A stretch of DNA of 32,000 nucleotides from Telmatocola sphagniphila (GTDB lineage Bacteria > Planctomycetota > Planctomycetia > Gemmatales > Gemmataceae). A program made the translations under genes and the position numbers. This document shows positions 27,309 to 32,000 of the stretch, in pieces. The notes under the pieces were generated by a model. The model was given only the letters and a program-made list of their open reading frames with translations, made no database searches and was not told the origin of the DNA. How positions within the stretch are numbered: position 1 is the first letter of the stretch; each line of letters starts with the position of its first letter. The stretch spans positions 3,720,001-3,752,000 of the forward strand of contig NZ_CP074694.1 of NCBI RefSeq assembly GCF_018398935.1, read 5' to 3'.

Positions 27309-28053
27309 GGCGATACTCCCGGAGTCAGTTCGGATGTCCTGGCAAGCTTATCTTACAGAACGCGGTTATGTTCTAGTCCCCGGAATACTAAATCCCACTC
27401 AGTGTGCCAATTGGCTGAGCAGTTGGGAATGTTTTCTGAATTCGGAACGGCCTTCCACTATTCTGCGAACAGCCGACGGCACCATCTACGGCGCTCGAAA
27501 CCTGCTGCGTGACTGGCCGGAGATTCGAGATCTACTCGAGGAAACAAGTGTTTTCAGCCTGGTTCGGGAAATCCTCGGCCCGCAAGCAGGATTAGTTCGC
27601 ATCCTCTTTTTCGATAAGCCGCCGGAGCAAAGCTGGGCCCTGCCCTGGCACAAAGATCTGAATATCTCCGTTCGGAAAAATGATCGGCCGAGCAGCCAAT
27701 TCATTCATCCCACCTTCAAGCATGGCGTGCCGCATGTGGAAGCACCGCAGTCCCTCTTGGAGCGGATGTTAACGGTGCGACTACATCTTGATCCCAGTAC
27801 CGAAACCAACGGCCCGCTGCGCGTTTTGCCAGGATCGCACCAGTCGAGTAAATCCATCGACAGCTCGGGCGTTGCTCCCGAGACAATTCTCTCGAACGCG
27901 GGGGATGCCTTACTTATGCGGCCACTTCTGACCCATTCCAGTGGGGATTCTCAAGCAGGAACGAAGGAGCATCGAAGGATCTTTCACTTCGAGTTCGCCG
28001 GGATGCGCGAGTTGCCGGAGGGGTTTGAGTGGTGGGATTTTGTTAGGATTTAA
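27307..28053 (+). CDS. phytanoyl-CoA dioxygenase (PhyH) family Fe(II)/2-oxoglutarate oxygenase
   Basis: 'LPWHKDL' (HxD), 'LRVLPGSH', and a distal His in 'LLTHSS'. An alternative upstream ATG at 27238 would add 23 basic residues. Confidence 0.75.
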   Translation: MAILPESVRMSWQAYLTERGYVLVPGILNPTQCANWLSSWECFLNSERPSTILRTADGTIYGARNLLRDWPEIRDLLEETSVFSLVREILGPQAGLVRILFFDKPPEQSWALPWHKDLNISVRKNDRPSSQFIHPTFKHGVPHVEAPQSLLERMLTVRLHLDPSTETNGPLRVLPGSHQSSKSIDSSGVAPETILSNAGDALLMRPLLTHSSGDSQAGTKEHRRIFHFEFAGMRELPEGFEWWDFVRI

Positions 28054-28056
28054 TCC

Positions 28057-29466
28057 TCACTTCCCCACCGCCTCCAAAAACTGAAAAACATCCTTAATCG
28101 CCACCTGCACCACCGCCAGATGCTCCACCGCCGGATATTCTTTGTAGATCATCTTCTCTGCCTTATTCTTTATGAGTAATGCTGAGAGCGATTTGCTCCC
28201 TCGAAGAGCGAAATCGGAATCGCCGACGCCAATGAAGACGGGCATCTTTTGAAACACCTCTGGCTTACGGATCGAACCCGCACCCCCTAACCCCGCAATC
28301 GCGGCAAATTTTTCCGGGGCAGATTGCACGGCACTAAAAGCTTGGGCCGAACCCATAGAGTGACCGACGACAAAGATTTTTCGCGGATCGATGGGATATC
28401 TTTTTGAGAGCGTTTCAAGAATCTCCGGAATCGCGGAAGCACCGAAGCCGCCACGCGGAGCAATCATCATCCACCCCCGCTTTTCGCACTCTCGCATACA
28501 GCAACCAGCCCCGTACGCGTCGAAGAACATGTTTTCGCTTCCGCCAGCACCATGCATCGCCACCACCAGGGGAACCGGTTTGTCTTTGTTGAGGTTGGCC
28601 GGAACGAAAATCCTGACGATTGCGGAGTTTCCCTGAGTGGGGAGAGATAGCCAGAATTCGCCGGGTCTGGACTGATTGTAGTATGTGGCCCCCTGGCGAA
28701 TGCTCTCGACTAATTTTTCGCACTCCAAGATTAATCGCCCGGCCGGATAATCGGTCTCCAGGGTTTCCCCTTTGGCAAGGTCGGTCAGAAGGTCATTCAG
28801 ATACGCTAAGGTTTTTGTTTCTACCGATACCTGGGCCTCTTTGGCTCGAGAGGTAAGAAAAGTGTCGAGCGAAGCTTTCCGTGTTGCCAGCTTCTCGACT
28901 CGGGAAATAGCCATTTGATAAGTCGAGAGAGTTTTCGAATCGACCTGAATTTGCAGTTCGATTTTCTGATCGATTTGCGGTTCTTTCAGCTTCGGCAACT
29001 TGACTAGGAAGCTGCTGGGAATCTTAACGATATCAAATTCCTGGCGATCACCATCAGACAACAGCAGCAGTCGACTTTTCTCAGGCACGGCCTGTTTCGA
29101 ATCGTAAAACGACTTGAGATTCACTAAAAGTTCGGATGGAGAGGCCTCCAGCAGCCGGGTTTGAGGCACCAGATAAAGAGATTCCGCCCACGACATCGCT
29201 GGGGAAACCTTCTCCTGGGTTAAAGCAAATTTCGCCTCGGCGAGATACTGGCCGGCTTTGGGCAGGTTCAACGAGAAAAAAGACTGAACCGCGTTATTAA
29301 GAGATTGAACCGTTCGCTTCCGAACTTCCAAATCGTCGATATGCTTTTGAAACGCCTTTTCAAATTCGATGACCCGTCGTCCCAATTCGTGGCGAATTTC
29401 CTGTCCGAAGGCCGAAACCGTAGTCAGCAGAAAAACCAGAACAGCGAAAGAGGCGTTTTTGATCAT
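28057..29466 (-). CDS. secreted alpha/beta hydrolase (esterase family) with about 280-aa unknown N-terminal domain
   Basis: Signal peptide MIKNASFAVLVFLLTTVSAFG-Q. The C-terminal region has 'VVAMHGAGGSENMF' and the nucleophile elbow 'VVGHSMGS'. Confidence 0.75.
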   Translation of the reverse strand: MIKNASFAVLVFLLTTVSAFGQEIRHELGRRVIEFEKAFQKHIDDLEVRKRTVQSLNNAVQSFFSLNLPKAGQYLAEAKFALTQEKVSPAMSWAESLYLVPQTRLLEASPSELLVNLKSFYDSKQAVPEKSRLLLLSDGDRQEFDIVKIPSSFLVKLPKLKEPQIDQKIELQIQVDSKTLSTYQMAISRVEKLATRKASLDTFLTSRAKEAQVSVETKTLAYLNDLLTDLAKGETLETDYPAGRLILECEKLVESIRQGATYYNQSRPGEFWLSLPTQGNSAIVRIFVPANLNKDKPVPLVVAMHGAGGSENMFFDAYGAGCCMRECEKRGWMMIAPRGGFGASAIPEILETLSKRYPIDPRKIFVVGHSMGSAQAFSAVQSAPEKFAAIAGLGGAGSIRKPEVFQKMPVFIGVGDSDFALRGSKSLSALLIKNKAEKMIYKEYPAVEHLAVVQVAIKDVFQFLEAVGK

Positions 29467-29844
29467 TTAGTCACTCTCATTGATCGTTCGATCCAGATTA
29501 TCGTCTTGCAGTTTCGAGCGGGATTTAGGGCCGGAGATAAGCGAGATTTTATAGTTAAAAGTGCCGATCATCAATTCGTCGCCGATTTTCAAAACCCCTT
29601 CCGTGACCTTCTGACCGTTGATTTTGACGCCGTTGGTACTCCCCAGGTCGCGGACGATCAGACCATCCCCCACCACGGCAATGCAGCAGTGTTTCCGGGA
29701 GATTTTTTTGGAATTGAGAAGTACATCGCATTCCGGATGCCGACCGAAGAGAAGAATCGGCTTATCCAGCAGAATATCGGGTCCTTCATTGAGGGATATG
29801 AGTTGAACAGTACTGCTCATGTCAGCATATTGACAGAAAACCAC
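29467..29844 (-). CDS. FHA domain protein
   Basis: 'ILLFGRHPECDVLLNSKKISRKHCCIAV...LIVRDLGSTNGVKINGQKV'. The track start at 29844 is GTG, and ATG 29820 (MSSTVQL...) is the likelier start. The stop TAA abuts the downstream ATG (TAAATG). Confidence 0.85.
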   Translation of the reverse strand: MVFCQYADMSSTVQLISLNEGPDILLDKPILLFGRHPECDVLLNSKKISRKHCCIAVVGDGLIVRDLGSTNGVKINGQKVTEGVLKIGDELMIGTFNYKISLISGPKSRSKLQDDNLDRTINESD

Positions 29845-29909
29845 CCGATTTCAACGAGTTTTTGCCAATAACCGCACCAGGCGGTCTGGCCCGCGCAAGA
29901 AAATCCTTC

Positions 29910-29937
29910 TTGTTCGATCCAGTTCCACCACTAGTAT
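29910..29937 (+). promoter_or_regulatory. candidate promoter of the gcv operon
   Basis: TTGTTC (29910-29915), 16 nt, TAGTAT (29932-29937), 45 nt upstream of the gcvT ATG. Confidence 0.3.
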
Positions 29938-29982
29938 TTCTTTAGACCATTCTTTGAAAACTACCCCGGATTAAATCTGGTT

Positions 29983-31050
29983 ATGGCAAACCTGCGCACG
30001 CCGCTTTACGATTGGCACATTTCTCAAAAAGCCCGCATGGTCCCTTTTGGGGGCTGGGATATGCCCGTGCAGTATAAGGGCGTGATGGACGAGCACAAAG
30101 CCGTCCGAAACTCCGCGGGAATGTTCGATGTTTCGCACATGGCCCGCTTCAGCTTCGGCGGGCCGGATGCACTTGCGCTGATCGACGAAATTTTCACCAA
30201 TTCCGCCGCCGGGATGAAGGATTTCCAGGTCCGTTATGGCCTGGTCTGCAACGAATCGGGCGGTATGCTTGATGACATTCTGGTTTATCGCTGGCCGTAC
30301 GGTTGGGCGATGGTCGTAAATGCCTCGAATCGAATCAAAATTCTCGACTGGTTGAATGCTAAAAAGGGCGATCGCAACGTCACCATTCAGGATCAGACCT
30401 TGGCGACCTGTATGGTGGCCGTGCAGGGTCCGAAAGCGGTCGAATTGTGCAAAGAGATGTTTGCCGATCCGATCGAGGATCTCAAATATTATTACGCTCG
30501 TCCAACTAAGTATCTGGGCCAAAACTGCGTGGTGAGTCGGACCGGTTACACCGGCGAAGACGGCATCGAGATCATGGTCGGCGCGGCCCAGGCCAACACG
30601 CTGGCGGACGCCCTATTGGCCAAAGGGGTCGTGCCTTGCGGACTGGGTTGTCGCGACACCCTCCGGCTCGAAGCGGCCATGCCGCTGTATGGGCACGAAT
30701 TGAACGAAACGACCGATCCACTTTCGGCTGGGCTGTCCTGGGCCGTGAAACTGGAAAAACCGAGCTTCATCGGCAAAGAAGCTTTGGCTCAGAAAAAAGC
30801 AGCCGGTCTTCCGGCCGTGCGAATGGGCCTGGAAATCGAAGGGAAACGGGCCGCCCGCGAAGGTTGCCCGGTGCTGATTGCGGGGAAACAAGTCGGCGTT
30901 ATCACCAGCGGCAGTTTTTCACCCACTTTGGAAAAATCGATCGCCATGGCCATGCTTCCCGCAGGCACAACTTCCTGCGAAGTCGATATTCGAGGTACCA
31001 TTACCCCGGCCAAGGTCGTACCTTTACCCTTCTACAAACGAGCGAAATAA
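29983..31050 (+). CDS. gcvT: glycine cleavage system T protein (aminomethyltransferase)
   Basis: 355 aa with '[26 protein letters not shown]' and 'GMFDVSHM'. Confidence 0.95.
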   Translation: MANLRTPLYDWHISQKARMVPFGGWDMPVQYKGVMDEHKAVRNSAGMFDVSHMARFSFGGPDALALIDEIFTNSAAGMKDFQVRYGLVCNESGGMLDDILVYRWPYGWAMVVNASNRIKILDWLNAKKGDRNVTIQDQTLATCMVAVQGPKAVELCKEMFADPIEDLKYYYARPTKYLGQNCVVSRTGYTGEDGIEIMVGAAQANTLADALLAKGVVPCGLGCRDTLRLEAAMPLYGHELNETTDPLSAGLSWAVKLEKPSFIGKEALAQKKAAGLPAVRMGLEIEGKRAAREGCPVLIAGKQVGVITSGSFSPTLEKSIAMAMLPAGTTSCEVDIRGTITPAKVVPLPFYKRAK

Positions 31051-31075
31051 TCCGCCATTTGGGAGTCATTTGAAT

Positions 31076-31462
31076 ATGGATTTGAATACCCTGCATTATG
31101 CAAAATCCCACGAGTGGGCTCACGTCGAAGGGGATATCTGCACCGTCGGAATCACCCAGCATGCCGTCGATCTCTTGACCGATATTATTCACCTGGAACT
31201 CCCCAAAGTCGGCGCTGCCGTGAAGGCGGAAACCCGTTTTGGTGAAGTCGAGTCCGTAAAATCGGTTAATGAGCTGATCGCCCCTCTGAGCGGCACGGTT
31301 ATCGAAGTAAACGACAAGGCGGCCAAGGATACTTCTCTAGTCAATTCCGACCCCTACGGGGCCGGCTGGTTGATTAAAATTAAACTGGCTCCGGACGCCG
31401 CCAAGAGTCATCTGATGGATCTAAAGAAATACGAAGACTATTGTGCTCACGAAGGCCACTAG
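31076..31462 (+). CDS. gcvH: glycine cleavage system H protein
   Basis: 128 aa starting at ATG 31076 ('MDLNTLHYAKSHEWAHVEGD'), with the lipoyl-lysine motif 'EVESVKSV'. The track ORF 30878.. is an upstream in-frame extension overlapping gcvT. Confidence 0.95.
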   Translation: MDLNTLHYAKSHEWAHVEGDICTVGITQHAVDLLTDIIHLELPKVGAAVKAETRFGEVESVKSVNELIAPLSGTVIEVNDKAAKDTSLVNSDPYGAGWLIKIKLAPDAAKSHLMDLKKYEDYCAHEGH

Positions 31463-31493
31463 AATTTTGGGAAACTGATTGGGAGCGAATTCC

Positions 31494-32000
31494 TTGGCGT
31501 ACATATTGAACACGGCGGACGATCAGAAAGCGATGCTGGCGAAGATCGGCATCCATTCCCTCGAGGAACTATGGGAATCGATACCCGCCGAATTGCGGTT
31601 GAACCGAGCGCTGAACATTCCGACCGCGATGAGCGAGATCGAACTGACCCAGCATTTCAGCAAACTGGCGAACCGTAACCGGGCCGCCGGTGAAGCCGTC
31701 TGCTTCCTCGGCGGCGGGGCCTACGATCACTTCATTCCCTCGGTCGTCGATGCCATCAGCGGCCGCAGCGAATTCTACACGGCCTACACCCCTTATCAGG
31801 CCGAGGCCAGTCAGGGAACGCTCCAAGCCGTTTTTGAATTTCAGACGCTCATGGCCGAGCTGAGCGGTATGGATGTTTCCAACGCCAGCATGTACGAAGG
31901 CGGCAGCAGCCTCGCCGAGGCCGTACTGATGGCCATGAGCATAGCCGAACGCCGGGGCGAAATTCTGATCGCCGAGAGCGTTCATCCCGAATATCTGGCG
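31494..32000 (+). CDS. gcvPA: glycine dehydrogenase (aminomethyl-transferring) subunit 1, N-terminal part (runs off the window)
   Basis: The TTG start is preceded by GGGAG (31481-31485). The open frame to the window end reads 'AYILNTADDQKAMLAKIGIHSLEELW...FLGGGAYDHFIPSVVD...YTPYQAEASQGTLQAVFEFQT'. It is absent from the ORF track because no stop lies in the window. Confidence 0.85.
   Translation, partial: MAYILNTADDQKAMLAKIGIHSLEELWESIPAELRLNRALNIPTAMSEIELTQHFSKLANRNRAAGEAVCFLGGGAYDHFIPSVVDAISGRSEFYTAYTPYQAEASQGTLQAVFEFQTLMAELSGMDVSNASMYEGGSSLAEAVLMAMSIAERRGEILIAESVHPEYLA

Noticed and set aside
7737-28053. PhnY/PhnZ-type pair formed by the HD protein (7737..8354) and the PhyH oxygenase (27307..28053)
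   Set aside because: The genes are 19 kb apart, with unrelated operons between them, and no phosphonate transporter is present. Functional linkage cannot be argued from this window.
29845-29982. Glycine riboswitch upstream of gcvT
   Set aside because: A glycine riboswitch is expected in many bacteria. The 138-nt leader lacks the conserved GGAGAG / CACCG / CUCAGG core elements, and only small unrelated hairpins are present.
30878-31075. N-terminal 66-aa extension of the gcvH ORF
   Set aside because: It overlaps the 3' end of gcvT in another frame. The GcvH homology begins at ATG 31076.
31569-31985. 138-aa minus-strand ORF
   Set aside because: It is antisense to the clear GcvPA reading frame that runs to the window end.

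Overview
This 32-kb chromosomal window looks about 50-55% GC by eye. A 23S-5S operon with no linked 16S, many signal-peptide proteins of unknown function, and FHA and WD40 proteins all fit a Planctomycetota-like bacterium, but that is inference only. Contents from left to right:
- the 3' end of a WD40 protein;
- a 0.7-kb gene-free tract rich in hairpins and repeats;
- a minus-strand tRNA-Ile/tRNA-Ala/23S/5S operon with its own promoter candidate and a clear terminator;
- prpB-prpC (methylcitrate cycle) plus a 54-aa membrane peptide;
- an orphan PhnZ-family HD-domain protein;
- a two-gene operon of unknown function;
- a SUKH (SMI1/KNR4) protein;
- padR, separated from its likely membrane partner by a decayed IS1380-family element;
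- a secreted papain-like protease;
- membrane and alpha/beta-hydrolase proteins;
- a TMEM175-type channel;
- an RND pump with its adaptor;
- a tightly interlocked alternating-strand block (methyltransferase, enolase-superfamily enzyme, e(P4)-type acid phosphatase, PhyH dioxygenase, secreted hydrolase, FHA protein);
- gcvT-gcvH-gcvPA.
I found no CRISPR array, reverse transcriptase, or recognisable defence, toxin-antitoxin or secretion system. Nothing here can be claimed as a new system from sequence alone. The least explained items are:
- the structured non-coding tract with its 14-mer tandem/inverted repeat element (682-1411);
- the IS-split PadR / membrane partner / protease module (11.9-16.3 kb);
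- the unknown two-gene operon plus SUKH gene (8.4-11.8 kb);
- the zero-intergenic alternating-strand block (22.9-29.8 kb).
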